Assembly: GCA_030679255.1 (NCBI GenBank)
Contig: JAUXTO010000013.1
Location: forward strand, 18,696-82,695
Direction: 5' to 3'
DNA: 64,000 nucleotides
Origin: Candidatus Gottesmanbacteria bacterium
GTDB taxonomy: Bacteria > Patescibacteriota > Microgenomatia > UBA10105 > UBA927
Shown here: positions 27,778 to 38,098 of the stretch, piece after piece
Numbering within the stretch: position 1 is the first letter of the stretch
Layout of the letters: the number at the start of each line of letters is the position of its first letter
Program-made: the position numbers and the translations under genes
Notes under the pieces: model-generated
Seen by the model: the letters and a program-made list of their open reading frames with translations, nothing else
Databases searched by the model: none
Told to the model about the DNA's origin: nothing

Positions 27778-30246
27778 TTATAACGTATGACGAATGCGAT
27801 TGATAGATGATCTACAAACGTAAATACCTAATAGCATAAGCGATGCAGCTGATATAAATGTACCTATCCAAAATATCCGTTGTCCAGTCATCTCAATGAT
27901 TAAATCATAAGTTTCTTTATTATCCATATCTGTAGGCTTTATGTACCAGGCGTTGGCATAGCCATTCACCTTAATATGTGTATTTTCCGGAAGTGATTTC
28001 ATACTAAGGGTCTCAAATGCATTTCTATCAAATATATTATTATTGATATTCCCTTCTCGGATTTCACCGTTAAAATATGCCGTAGCCAGAGAAATTATCG
28101 GGACTTCTTTTGAAGAAAAAAATACCTTCCATTTTTCGTGGAAAGCTTCTGAAAATACCAAAACATACGGATGGTTCGCACCGGATACTTTTACTTTATA
28201 CTTTGTCGGATTAATTCGTTGGAATTGAATATATATTCTATTTGCGCCTTGGGGTACCTCGTTTCTTTGACAAATTGTTACAGACAATATCGTGTTACAA
28301 GTACTCCTGTCCAGATAAATTGAACGAAATACTTTTTTGATTCGATCATCAAAAAAAATATTTGATTTGGCATATGGACTTGAAACAGGTTTTTCATCGT
28401 AAATAAGTACATTACTTGCAACGTAAATGTGAGGCAATAAATCCTTCTCTTCCAAACGATAAATTCCATACGGTCCTGCTTCAAATATTTTATTTGTAGT
28501 CAGATGATCAACGAATTCTTTATATTCCTTCTGATTTTTTGGTAAATATTTACGCGCATAAGAAGTAGAATATGGGTATTCTGGAAAGGTACCATCATAA
28601 ATTAATGGATCCGAATTGTAAAATATATATTGAATATTTAAGATACCGAACATTAACTTAATTAAATCATAATTTCTTTCCCTACTAAGTTTCCAAAACA
28701 TATCGCTAAATGGTGCTAGATCCTGATAACCCGCAAAATCCTTCTTTCCCGTTAGCTGCCCTATCATGGATCGCCCGACAAATGCACCATTATTCAGCCC
28801 ATGAACTACTTGATAATCATAATCGGTAGAGGGTAAAAGTAGAATTTTTCCATCATTTGGTAGTGATCGAATATAATCTAACACTGTCTCAAATTTGGGA
28901 TCCATCACGATACCTACTCTCGTCGTTGATTGAACGTTTAACTGATTTACCAGTTGACCGTTAATAAATTGCCATGAACTAACGATAAAATAGAGCACTA
29001 TAGTAGATGAAAATATTATCACGTACTTGTGTTTTAACCGATTCAATAAAAAAAACGCGGTAACTCCAAATAAAAGTGAGTAAAAAAAGTAGTATACAAA
29101 TTGCCACTGTCCGTAAAAATTTCTAAACATACTAAATCCCGGAATATAAAAAAGACTTCTATAGAGATCGATACCAATATTCGTAATTTTTGCGTTTACT
29201 AAATAATAGGTTAGAAGGAAAAAAAGTCCTATCAGAATAGCTGTCTTATCATATTTTTTCTTCAATATAATACCCAAAATAATTACGAATGGTATGATGA
29301 TGGATGCCCATGATATTTGACTGTACACTGAATGTGCAAACCATCGAAGGCTCAATTTCGGAATTGCCAACGCGCTGGAAAAATATCCTATTTGCTCTAA
29401 CATGTAAGCGTTGTCAAATACGCGAGTATTTGTAGTACTCCCCGGCGAAAAAAGATCAAAAAATTCCGGTAATAGATGAAAAGCATGCAGTCCTAGGAAC
29501 AATAAAAGTCCGAACAGCAGCCCTTTCCAGGGCATTTTTCGTTTCAGGATAAAAACCGTATAAACGATCAGAAATATGATACCTAATGGATAAAACGCAA
29601 AAAATGGAGGCGCTGCGGTCCAAGAAAAGCTATGGCTAAAAAACAAACTTACGAATAATCCTAAACTTAGAAATCGAAATTGTGAGGTAGTTATATACTT
29701 TAAAAGGAGATAGAACATGAGAGGGTTTAAAAATACCTGATCTTGGGAAGGTAAAGCTCGAACGTAATTTTCTGTCATAGCCGGGTTAAAAATATAAAAA
29801 AAGCCAGCAAGAATAGACGCCACCCTAATAACTATCAACGTCCTTTTCTCGGTTACGTTTCTCCCCAACAGCTCATTCACAATCCCGTAAACTGCTAAAA
29901 ACCCTACAGCCACCTTCATACTGTTGTAAAGTGTAAGTAAAATGTATGGAGAATGAATTACTTGTTTCAAAATAGCAAGAACCGATAAAAGAGGAAGATA
30001 AAAAAATCTTGAGTTAAGCCCACCAATTCCGAACGGTAGTACTAAGTACGCTGAATTTTTAATCAGATTTACCGGATCATAAAAATAAAGCCTTCCGCCA
30101 TCTCCACCGATATCTATCTCCCCCGGCCTAAACCAAAAAAATGGAACTACCATTAGCGCACAGGAAACCAAAAGCGCCAGCCAGTGACACTTTATGAAGA
30201 ATCGAATCACACGAAAATATCTATCCATATCAAACGATAATGACAT
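27778..30246 (-). CDS. Large (822 aa) polytopic membrane protein, family A paralog
   Basis: FFWFRPGEIDIGGDGGRLYFYDP..GIGG. C-terminal NPTKYKVKVSGANHPYVLVFSEAF.. and HIKVNGYANAWYIKPTDM..YDLIIEMTGQ plus a TM, parallel to 23701-27453. Confidence 0.6.
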   Translation of the reverse strand: MSLSFDMDRYFRVIRFFIKCHWLALLVSCALMVVPFFWFRPGEIDIGGDGGRLYFYDPVNLIKNSAYLVLPFGIGGLNSRFFYLPLLSVLAILKQVIHSPYILLTLYNSMKVAVGFLAVYGIVNELLGRNVTEKRTLIVIRVASILAGFFYIFNPAMTENYVRALPSQDQVFLNPLMFYLLLKYITTSQFRFLSLGLFVSLFFSHSFSWTAAPPFFAFYPLGIIFLIVYTVFILKRKMPWKGLLFGLLLFLGLHAFHLLPEFFDLFSPGSTTNTRVFDNAYMLEQIGYFSSALAIPKLSLRWFAHSVYSQISWASIIIPFVIILGIILKKKYDKTAILIGLFFLLTYYLVNAKITNIGIDLYRSLFYIPGFSMFRNFYGQWQFVYYFFYSLLFGVTAFFLLNRLKHKYVIIFSSTIVLYFIVSSWQFINGQLVNQLNVQSTTRVGIVMDPKFETVLDYIRSLPNDGKILLLPSTDYDYQVVHGLNNGAFVGRSMIGQLTGKKDFAGYQDLAPFSDMFWKLSRERNYDLIKLMFGILNIQYIFYNSDPLIYDGTFPEYPYSTSYARKYLPKNQKEYKEFVDHLTTNKIFEAGPYGIYRLEEKDLLPHIYVASNVLIYDEKPVSSPYAKSNIFFDDRIKKVFRSIYLDRSTCNTILSVTICQRNEVPQGANRIYIQFQRINPTKYKVKVSGANHPYVLVFSEAFHEKWKVFFSSKEVPIISLATAYFNGEIREGNINNNIFDRNAFETLSMKSLPENTHIKVNGYANAWYIKPTDMDNKETYDLIIEMTGQRIFWIGTFISAASLMLLGIYVCRSSINRIRHTL

Positions 30247-31438
30247 CAGGCACGGGAATGATAAACTTTCCCCCCTTCTTCTGATACTCAGTCAGAAAAC
30301 CCATCACTTCGTCCGAAATGTTCCATGGCAGAATCAGAACGTAATCCGGACGGTCATCCACGACTTTAGACGGAGGGTAAATAAGAAAATGTGTCCCCGG
30401 CGTATAGAGACCTTGTTTTGCTTCAGATTTGTCAGCAATGAAGTCCAAGAACTTGCCGAGTCGGAAATAGTTAAGAAGCACCATGCCTTTGGCGGGAGCG
30501 CCATATGCCGCGACGCGTTTGCCGTCTTTTTTAAGCTTCTTTAACAAACCCGTAAGCTGGGTACGTAATTTCTCTACGTTTGTGCGGATTTTGAGATAGC
30601 TTGACAACCTATGAAAACCATGCTGATGCTCTTGGTCAACGAGTTCTCGTACCTGTTCGGAGGCTGAATACATACCCTCGTGACAAACAAAAATCCTAAG
30701 CGACCCGCCCTGCATGTGCACGAACTCGCAATCATAGATACAAAGATTGGCTCGCGCAAAGAGATTTTGCAGCGCAAGAAGTGAATAATAAAAAACATGC
30801 TCGTGATAGATCGTATCAAATTTATTTTCAAACAGGCCGCCGATGTATGGCGACTCAAATACCGCGGTTCCTGTTTTTTTAAGCACCGTCGACACGCCAC
30901 GGACGCACCCGAGGATATCCGGAATGTGAGCTAAGACATTCGCGCCGTAAAGCAAATCAGCGTGAATATTACTACGCGCTAATTCTTTTGCGACTTCGTG
31001 TCCAAAGAACGCAGTCTTTGTAGGTATGCCCTTTTTGATCGCTTCGGCGGCCACGTTCCGGGCCGGGTCAATGCCCAATACCTTTATCCCCGCTTTTTGG
31101 TACCACCGGAGATGGACTCCGTCATTGCTGCCTATCTCTACTACCAGACTCCCTCTCCCTAGTTTTAGTCGCTGTATAAGATAATAAGCTGTTGTTTTGC
31201 TGTACTCGATGATGCTTTGAGTGGTAGAAGAAAAATACAGATAATGACGAAACAGATCCTTGGGATCAACAATTTTGAGAAGCTGTACGAGGTAACATTT
31301 TTGACAAAACCCAACGCTTAGGTCAAAGCTGCGTTCGTTAGGGATATCTTTTTTTTTGAGAAAAGCGTTGACCGGCGGCATGGCGCCGAGAGAGAAAAAT
31401 TCGGTGATCGGATGCCCGCATGCGCGACAGCGTGTCAT
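30230..31438 (-). CDS. NDP-sugar C-methyltransferase family (TylC3/NovU-like; Zn-ribbon + SAM domain + C-methyltransferase C-domain)
   Basis: CRACGHP..CQKCYLVQL, VVEIGSNDGVHL, and C-terminal AAYGAPAKGMVLLNYF..DFIADKSEAKQGLYTPGTHFLIYPP..DYVLILPWN. Confidence 0.75.
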   Translation of the reverse strand: MTRCRACGHPITEFFSLGAMPPVNAFLKKKDIPNERSFDLSVGFCQKCYLVQLLKIVDPKDLFRHYLYFSSTTQSIIEYSKTTAYYLIQRLKLGRGSLVVEIGSNDGVHLRWYQKAGIKVLGIDPARNVAAEAIKKGIPTKTAFFGHEVAKELARSNIHADLLYGANVLAHIPDILGCVRGVSTVLKKTGTAVFESPYIGGLFENKFDTIYHEHVFYYSLLALQNLFARANLCIYDCEFVHMQGGSLRIFVCHEGMYSASEQVRELVDQEHQHGFHRLSSYLKIRTNVEKLRTQLTGLLKKLKKDGKRVAAYGAPAKGMVLLNYFRLGKFLDFIADKSEAKQGLYTPGTHFLIYPPSKVVDDRPDYVLILPWNISDEVMGFLTEYQKKGGKFIIPVPDVIIV

Positions 31439-32796
31439 AATCCTGGACCTCGTCCTACGGCAACATAATGGACACCGGCTTTGATAAACTTAAGCGGATC
31501 ATAGATTCTCCTGCCGTCAATTACGAGCGGATGAGCCATGAGTCGCACGAATTCCTGGGGAGAAATCTTTCTATAGACATCCCAGGCTGTCACGAGAATC
31601 ACGGCTTCAGCATTTTTAATAGCACCCTCATAATTTTTCTCAAGCGTCACTCCTAACTGATGAAGCGATTCCGGCACTTCCGCCTTATACGCTTCCGGGT
31701 CATGGCATGTTACGTCTGCTCCGCGTGCCACAAGCTCTCTCATGATGATAAGCGCGGGCGATTCGCGCATATCATCGGTATTCGGTTTAAAGGACAGTCC
31801 CAAAACGGCCACCCGTTTGCCGCGAAGTTCGCCAAGTGCACGCGAGGCCAGTTCAACAAGCCGGTGTGGCTGCTTATCGTTAATAGCAATAGTGCTTCCC
31901 AATATCGACATGGACACTCCCTTATCCGATGCAAAGCGATACAGAGCCTTCGTATCTTTAGGAAAGCAGCTTCCTCCGTACCCGCAACCGCTAAAAAGAT
32001 AATGGATAATCCCCGGCGTAATCCTTTTATTTCCCACTTTCGGACTCCATCTCCTGTCCGCGTGAACCGTTTGCCATACGTCAACAATATCCACGCCAGG
32101 CGTTTGTGCCGCAATATCCCCAATCTCATTGGAAAAACTTACAAGTGTCGCCAGCAATACGTTGGATACGTATTTACTCATCTCTGCGGTAGAAAGGTTG
32201 GTGAAAAACTTGGGACAGGTATTTTTAGCAAATAGCTTCGCATAGACGCGCGCGCTTTTATTGTCTAGGCTTCCGATGACAATCCGGTCAGGATCGAGGG
32301 CATCTTCAAGGGCATTGCCTTCGCGCAAAAACTCCGGGTTCATACAAAGTCCGACGTCTTTTGCCGATTTAGCCGACGCTTGGGCAAGTATCGGCCATAC
32401 CACCTGCTCTGTAGTCCCGGGCACCACAGTCGACTTAACGGTAACAACGTGATAGGACCGTTTCTTGAAAAGTGCCTCTCCTACAAGGGCAACTGCATCT
32501 TTCACTTGTGTCAGATCGATAGACCCATCCACAGTAGGAGTACCAACTGCGACAATTGTTATATCGGACGCGATGACACTTCGCGAAAAATCTACAGAGG
32601 CAATAAAACGCTTTTGTGCTATGACGCGGCGTAAAAGTATATCAAGTCCCGGTTCAAAAAAAGGGGCTTTTCCTGCATTGATAGATTCGACTTTATCAGG
32701 GTTTCTCCCAACGCATATCACGTGGTGACCCGCATGGGCAAACGCGATCCCAGTCACCAATCCTACATATCCGGTACCGATAATAGAAACATTCAT
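31435..32796 (-). CDS. ugd: UDP-glucose 6-dehydrogenase / nucleotide-sugar dehydrogenase
   Basis: MNVSIIGTGYVGLVTG.. Rossmann motif. ..GGSCFPKDT.. catalytic Cys motif. Central and C-terminal UDPG_MGDP_dh domains. Confidence 0.85.
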   Translation of the reverse strand: MNVSIIGTGYVGLVTGIAFAHAGHHVICVGRNPDKVESINAGKAPFFEPGLDILLRRVIAQKRFIASVDFSRSVIASDITIVAVGTPTVDGSIDLTQVKDAVALVGEALFKKRSYHVVTVKSTVVPGTTEQVVWPILAQASAKSAKDVGLCMNPEFLREGNALEDALDPDRIVIGSLDNKSARVYAKLFAKNTCPKFFTNLSTAEMSKYVSNVLLATLVSFSNEIGDIAAQTPGVDIVDVWQTVHADRRWSPKVGNKRITPGIIHYLFSGCGYGGSCFPKDTKALYRFASDKGVSMSILGSTIAINDKQPHRLVELASRALGELRGKRVAVLGLSFKPNTDDMRESPALIIMRELVARGADVTCHDPEAYKAEVPESLHQLGVTLEKNYEGAIKNAEAVILVTAWDVYRKISPQEFVRLMAHPLVIDGRRIYDPLKFIKAGVHYVAVGRGPGL

Positions 32797-33914
32797 TATT
32801 TTTTTCTCCCCGTTGCCTGATACCACTGCAGAGTACGAGTGAGTCCTTCTTCCAAGGAAATCTTAGGATCATACCCCAACTCCTGTTTCGCTTTTTGAAT
32901 CGATGGCCGGCGACGCTGAGGATTATCTGTCAGGTAATCTTTATCCTCGCTTTTTGACTGTTGGACACGCCCGCCGTACCCGAAGTGCTCCTTTGCAAGA
33001 ATTGCTATTCGGGAAGCCAAATCCGCCACGGAAACTTCCGGTAACTCAATCCCTATATTGTATGCCTCTCCCGAAGTGCCATTTACCAAAGCCTTGATAT
33101 ACCCGATCATGGCATCGGCAACATAGCAAAACGTTCGCGAAGGAGCACCGGTTGAATGCATGACGATATCTTCACCGGATAAAATATTGCGGGCAAAATC
33201 AGCAATGACTCTTCCATCGGTTATTTTCATGCCCGGGCCGTAGTTATTAAACGGCCGTACTGTCACGATTGGGATTCCGTGTATACGGACAAAATTGACA
33301 CAAAGCGTCTCACAAAATCTCTTCGACTCATCATAACAGGCCCGGGGTCCTGTACAGGAAACATTGCCCCGGTAATCTTCCGACGTGGGAATCCGCTCCG
33401 CGGGAGGGTCGCCGTAAATTTCACTTGATGAAAAATAGAGCAATTTTTTGAGTTTCGTCCGCGAGGACTTCGTTTTCACAAGCTGATCTAATATCCTGTA
33501 TAGCCCCAGGACGTTTGCCGTCATGGTTTCAATGGGATACTGCCGATAGACCATGGGTGAGGCAAATGATGCAGCGTGGATAATGTAATCATACGGTCCG
33601 TCTGCAAGTAATGGGTCCCGTGTCACGTCGCTCGAAACAACCCGGATATCATCGGTTTTTACTAAATGAGCAAGCCACGTAGGGATACCTTCACGGAACC
33701 GACTCAACGCCGTAAGACTGATTTTTTGTTTGGGGTGGTGTTCATTCCAATAGGCAATCGCCCATATGCAGTAATATCCTAAAAAACCGCCGGCACCGGT
33801 AAGGAGGAGCTTTGTCCCGGCCATAGCAGCAAACTCCGAGCTTGCTTGCTCGGTAATGTACTCTACATCTATCCTCACCACGTCATGGGGAAATATTATT
33901 GCCATACCTTCCAC
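32796..33914 (-). CDS. UDP-glucuronate decarboxylase family SDR (UXS/ArnA-C-like), paralog 2
   Basis: LLTGAGGFLG, ..ACYDESKRFCE.., ITDGRVIADF. A likely later start at MAIIFPH or MAGTKLL. Confidence 0.75.
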   Translation of the reverse strand: MEGMAIIFPHDVVRIDVEYITEQASSEFAAMAGTKLLLTGAGGFLGYYCIWAIAYWNEHHPKQKISLTALSRFREGIPTWLAHLVKTDDIRVVSSDVTRDPLLADGPYDYIIHAASFASPMVYRQYPIETMTANVLGLYRILDQLVKTKSSRTKLKKLLYFSSSEIYGDPPAERIPTSEDYRGNVSCTGPRACYDESKRFCETLCVNFVRIHGIPIVTVRPFNNYGPGMKITDGRVIADFARNILSGEDIVMHSTGAPSRTFCYVADAMIGYIKALVNGTSGEAYNIGIELPEVSVADLASRIAILAKEHFGYGGRVQQSKSEDKDYLTDNPQRRRPSIQKAKQELGYDPKISLEEGLTRTLQWYQATGRKK

Positions 33915-34672
33915 GGAGGGTTACCGCCCGCCCACAATTCGTTAAGTGTCTCAAGCTCTTTATACGTGTCGACCGCGTACCAGAATCCTTCATGTGAATA
34001 AAGCGACAATTGCCGTTCTTTTGCGAGCCTCTGGAGAGCCGGATGCTCTGTTTCTCCATTATGGAGATAATCAAAAAAATTCCGTTCAAACACCATAAAT
34101 CCACCGTTTACCCAATCGTTCATAACCGGCTTTTCAGCAAAACTTGTCACCATATGTTCCTCATCAGCTATTGCCATACCAAACTTGCTGCGTGGATGAA
34201 CACCCGTTATGGTTCCGATGGTCTTCTGCTTATTGTGAAATGCAATAAGCTTTTTGATGTCTATATCAGATACTCCATCACCGTAGGTGACCATGAATTG
34301 CCGTTCATCTGCCGGAATATACTGCTCGCAGCGTAAAATCCGTTCACCGGGAAGTGTATCAGCGCCGGTATCTACGAAGGTAATCGTGAAATCTTCAACA
34401 TCTCGTCTGTTCTCCAAATAATACGTGACTTTGTGAGTTTTGGTTGAAAGGGTAAAATCTGAAGTAAATGCTTTTTGATTGAGAAAAAAATCCTTCATGT
34501 ATTCTGCTTTATATCCGAGTGCAAGGACAAAATCGCGAAATCCATACGAGGCATAAATTTTCATAATATGCCATATCATAGGTTTTCCGCCAACATGGAC
34601 CATTGGCTTTGGTTTAAATTCCGTTTCCTCTTTTAACCGATACCCTGTCCCGCCACATAAAATAATCGTTTT
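33896..34672 (-). CDS. rfbF: Glucose-1-phosphate cytidylyltransferase
   Basis: MKTIILCGGTGYRLKEETEFKPKPMVHVGGKPMIWHIMKIY.. is a strong match to the RfbF N-terminus. Start at the internal Met. Confidence 0.85.
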   Translation of the reverse strand, partial: KTIILCGGTGYRLKEETEFKPKPMVHVGGKPMIWHIMKIYASYGFRDFVLALGYKAEYMKDFFLNQKAFTSDFTLSTKTHKVTYYLENRRDVEDFTITFVDTGADTLPGERILRCEQYIPADERQFMVTYGDGVSDIDIKKLIAFHNKQKTIGTITGVHPRSKFGMAIADEEHMVTSFAEKPVMNDWVNGGFMVFERNFFDYLHNGETEHPALQRLAKERQLSLYSHEGFWYAVDTYKELETLNELWAGGNPPWKVWQ

Positions 34673-34682
34673 CATGACATCC

Positions 34683-35681
34683 TCACTTTCTTTTTGACTT
34701 GTAACTAAAAAATCCCTCTGCGATCCACCACGATTCATAGTATACAAAGAATATATTCAGTATTGGTATCAGGACTATGCGTGAGTCACCGAGTGTTGCA
34801 GACGATACATACATCTTTGGAGTATAAACGAATGCAAACAAAAGAAGAAGTATCCATCCTATCCCGGGTATAAAACCGGTAGCAGCAAGTATTGGCTTTA
34901 CCAAAAAAATGATTGACGCTTTTATATCCTGCAAAGGATCTTTACGTAAAAATCTTCCCATAGAGCGGGCATACATTTTTTTACTTTGCATCATCTGCAA
35001 CAAGGAATAATCTTCGGCTTTATAATGAAGGTGATAACATCTCGCATCCGTACGAACGATACGCCAGTGATGTCTGAGCCGGTTGGTCAAATCCGCATCT
35101 TCACCACCAATACTGTTATCCCCTCCAAAATTATCTTCGTCAAACCCGCCAACTGATAAAAAGGCATCTCTCCGTACACAATCAAACTTCAGAACCATAA
35201 GCGATGAATAATTCTCTACCATCCGTGCAGCGAAATACTTTTCCCAAAAATTATATTTATCCCATACAAACTGAGGAAGGACTGACGTAGAGTACGTTGC
35301 TCCTATCTTCAAATCATCCAACAACGGCTTGACGAGTCGGCCCAGCTCAAACGAAGTAGGGAGTGAAACATCAGAAGTCATCAATACAACAAATGGAGTC
35401 TTTGCATCCTTGATTCCCCGGTTGTAACTTGCTGCTACGCCTTTGTCTTCCGTCTGACGGAGTATCGTGATCGGAATGGTACATTTTTTTGCGAATGCTC
35501 GTACGATTTCTCTTGAAGAATCCACAGATACGTTATCAACTACTAAAATTTCCTTTATGGGATATCGCTGGACGGCAATCGATTGAAGGCAATCCAGAAG
35601 CGTGGTCTGGCTATTTCGCATTGGAATAACGACGGTAACGGATACCGAACCATTTGGATATGTATGTTTATTACCCATCAT
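34683..35681 (-). CDS. GT2 family glycosyltransferase
   Basis: VTVVIPMRNS, VVDNVSVDSS, GG.DED. C-terminal TM segments. Confidence 0.75.
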   Translation of the reverse strand: MMGNKHTYPNGSVSVTVVIPMRNSQTTLLDCLQSIAVQRYPIKEILVVDNVSVDSSREIVRAFAKKCTIPITILRQTEDKGVAASYNRGIKDAKTPFVVLMTSDVSLPTSFELGRLVKPLLDDLKIGATYSTSVLPQFVWDKYNFWEKYFAARMVENYSSLMVLKFDCVRRDAFLSVGGFDEDNFGGDNSIGGEDADLTNRLRHHWRIVRTDARCYHLHYKAEDYSLLQMMQSKKMYARSMGRFLRKDPLQDIKASIIFLVKPILAATGFIPGIGWILLLLFAFVYTPKMYVSSATLGDSRIVLIPILNIFFVYYESWWIAEGFFSYKSKRK

Positions 35682-36811
35682 GACTCCTCTAGATGACGAA
35701 AGTGCTTAGCGTAATATGATTCATAATAGAAATATTTATTAAAAGCTTCAAGTCCTCGTTGGTATGAGCTGTACATTCGACTGATTTTTTTTACGGCAGT
35801 ATACAGAGCGTCAGGCGTTCGATCGATAATCTCACCTGCATGAAATTTATTAATATACGGCATGATGCTTGATGTTTTACTCATAATGATAGGAAGATTC
35901 ATTTCCGCATATGCTTTTATTTTACCTGGATCTGAGTAGTAAATAGTGTTCGTAGAATCGGTTGTATAGAGAGCAAGACCAACCAAACATTTTTTAGAAA
36001 GTTGGGTCAATTCTCCATCAAAATAAAATCTATTTGGGAAATGCACTTGAGTGTGGATACCTTCGTCGTGGATAAGTGTCTGATGATGATCGTACGTTTC
36101 TTTATCGCAAATTCCCACAATTTCTAACCGGTAATCCCTATGACGTGATAAAAATTGATAAACAACATCAAGTCCCACAGTTTCCCGAATAACACCTACA
36201 TATAATAATGTTTTTGAAACATTTGGTACACTACGTTTAATCTGTTTTGGATTGACTCCCCACATGATCGTTCGCCGAAATGATGTATTCATATCGATTC
36301 CGTTCATCTGCTTATTCACTCCGTCACCCAAATAACAAGCATACTTCATGCCATCATGATAAAATTTCTTAACTCTTTCATACCAATAAAGCGTTTTATT
36401 AATCGGAGGGAAATAATCTGCTATCCAATATACGAACTCAACGTTACGGAAAAGTTTCTGGATGCTTCCAAGAAAAAAGTTATACGGGTGCGCGATGATG
36501 AGATAGATTTGTTCATCCCTTCCAAAATACTTCCATAACGCCCACACATAATTCCAATACCAAAAAAAATAATACGGGAAAAACTTTTCTGACATGCGGA
36601 GGGGAACCTTTTCAATCAATTTTCCCCTCTCATAGATGTGAAGTTCATTGTCTTTATTCTGCACCCTGGGCATGAGCAGAAATACCAAAAACTTTTCCGT
36701 GTGATCGCGGAAATATTCGAAGCTGTTACCGCACCATTGATGGCTACTGTAAAGAATAATATTTTTATAACGATATTGCTTCAAAGAAGCCATATGAGGA
36801 AATCCCCGCAA
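35678..36811 (-). CDS. Glycosyltransferase (GT4-like GT-B), paralog of 15622-17019 and 38782-39957
   Basis: VGLALYTTDSTNTIYYSDPGKIKAYAEMNLPIIMSKTSSIMPYINKFHAGEIID. Confidence 0.6.
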   Translation of the reverse strand: MRGFPHMASLKQYRYKNIILYSSHQWCGNSFEYFRDHTEKFLVFLLMPRVQNKDNELHIYERGKLIEKVPLRMSEKFFPYYFFWYWNYVWALWKYFGRDEQIYLIIAHPYNFFLGSIQKLFRNVEFVYWIADYFPPINKTLYWYERVKKFYHDGMKYACYLGDGVNKQMNGIDMNTSFRRTIMWGVNPKQIKRSVPNVSKTLLYVGVIRETVGLDVVYQFLSRHRDYRLEIVGICDKETYDHHQTLIHDEGIHTQVHFPNRFYFDGELTQLSKKCLVGLALYTTDSTNTIYYSDPGKIKAYAEMNLPIIMSKTSSIMPYINKFHAGEIIDRTPDALYTAVKKISRMYSSYQRGLEAFNKYFYYESYYAKHFRHLEES

Positions 36812-36813
36812 TG

Positions 36814-38070
36814 TTAAAGCCTCGTTTCACCGTCGCGGGTCAACACATAGGGGTACGGCATGATAAAGAGAAATTTCCCACCGGAAGCAAGATACTCCCG
36901 CTCACGCTCAACGATTTCCGATTTAAAATTCCATGGAATCACAAAAACGCAGGAAGGCTTGAGCTCTCTCGCCCTCTCTTCAGAAATAAGCTCAATATCG
37001 TCGCCCAACGTCCGGAGTCCCACTTTTTCAGGATTGCGTTCGCTGATGTAGGGCAACATCTTCTTCGTAATTCCACACATCTGCAGAAGGACGTTGCCTT
37101 TCGTCGATGCTCCAAGCCCGATGGTCAACCCTTTTTGTTTGCCGATATACTCCCGTACGCGTGTCGTGGTGTATGCGATGAGTTTTTCAAAAATATCATA
37201 TGTCTCCGGGTCTTCCAGATGCAGTGCCTTTTCCCGAAGCAACAGATACTCTACGCTGTCCGATACGTCCCGCTTTGCTTCTTTTTTAGCAGCCAAAATC
37301 CGCAAACTCCCGCCATTGACGGCATTGGTGGATGCATCAAATACACGCATCCCGTTTTTTTCCATCAAATACATGATGCTTTTAAGGGAATAATATTCCA
37401 AATGTTCATGACAGAAATCATAAAAGTTCATATCTTTGATCGTGTCGTAGAGGTAACTTACCTGAATACATAACACTCCGTCATCGGCAAGGATCTCTTT
37501 AATATCCCGCACCGCCTTATTGGGATCATTGAGATCATAAAACATCGCTGTTGAGGTAATGGCTTTAAATTTCCACTTCTTGAGCGTATCGGTTGGGAAA
37601 TAATCGTTGACGACGGTGATGTTCTTGTCTAAGTGGGACCAGTCGATGTTTTTGGCCGGATCTATGCCGACGCGCGTGAGCGTATCCGGAAACATAGAGA
37701 TCATCGTCCCATCGTTGCAGCCGATGTCCAGCACCGCATCGCCCTTTTTTACCGTAATGCGCGATAAAGCATCTTCCACGACCGTTTTCAGGTCACGGCT
37801 CATGGTTTTGGTGACGTGGGACCGGTAAAAATACTGTTCATAGAGCAAATCAGGCTCCACCGTTTCCTTAAGCTGGACAAGCCCGCATTTATCGCATAAC
37901 AAGGCCGTCATCGGTATTTTAATGTTCGATTTCGGATTATCTTTGTTAGACTTCACAAACGTGGAGGCTATAAATTGGGGCTTAATCCGGACGACAGGAG
38001 CGAGCTTTTTGCTTCCGCACACCCGGCACGCTTTGATAAGTGAATAATGTTTCATACCAATGGTCACCAT
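36814..38070 (-). CDS. NDP-sugar C-methyltransferase family (TylC3-like), copy 2
   Basis: CRVCGSKK..CDKCGLVQL, VLDIGCNDGTM. C-terminal ..LGASTKGNVLLQMCGI..ISERNPEKVGL..LISEE..VFVIPWNF. Confidence 0.7.
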   Translation of the reverse strand: MVTIGMKHYSLIKACRVCGSKKLAPVVRIKPQFIASTFVKSNKDNPKSNIKIPMTALLCDKCGLVQLKETVEPDLLYEQYFYRSHVTKTMSRDLKTVVEDALSRITVKKGDAVLDIGCNDGTMISMFPDTLTRVGIDPAKNIDWSHLDKNITVVNDYFPTDTLKKWKFKAITSTAMFYDLNDPNKAVRDIKEILADDGVLCIQVSYLYDTIKDMNFYDFCHEHLEYYSLKSIMYLMEKNGMRVFDASTNAVNGGSLRILAAKKEAKRDVSDSVEYLLLREKALHLEDPETYDIFEKLIAYTTTRVREYIGKQKGLTIGLGASTKGNVLLQMCGITKKMLPYISERNPEKVGLRTLGDDIELISEERARELKPSCVFVIPWNFKSEIVEREREYLASGGKFLFIMPYPYVLTRDGETRL

Positions 38071-38098
38071 TCTATGACGGATAGCGGGAAATTACAAG

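Noticed and set aside
31660-32235. 191-aa plus-strand ORF (and other ORFs at 31740-32129 and 32380-32728) inside the ugd gene
   Set aside because: Antisense to a strongly supported UDP-glucose dehydrogenase. No motifs. Typical GC-rich shadow frames.
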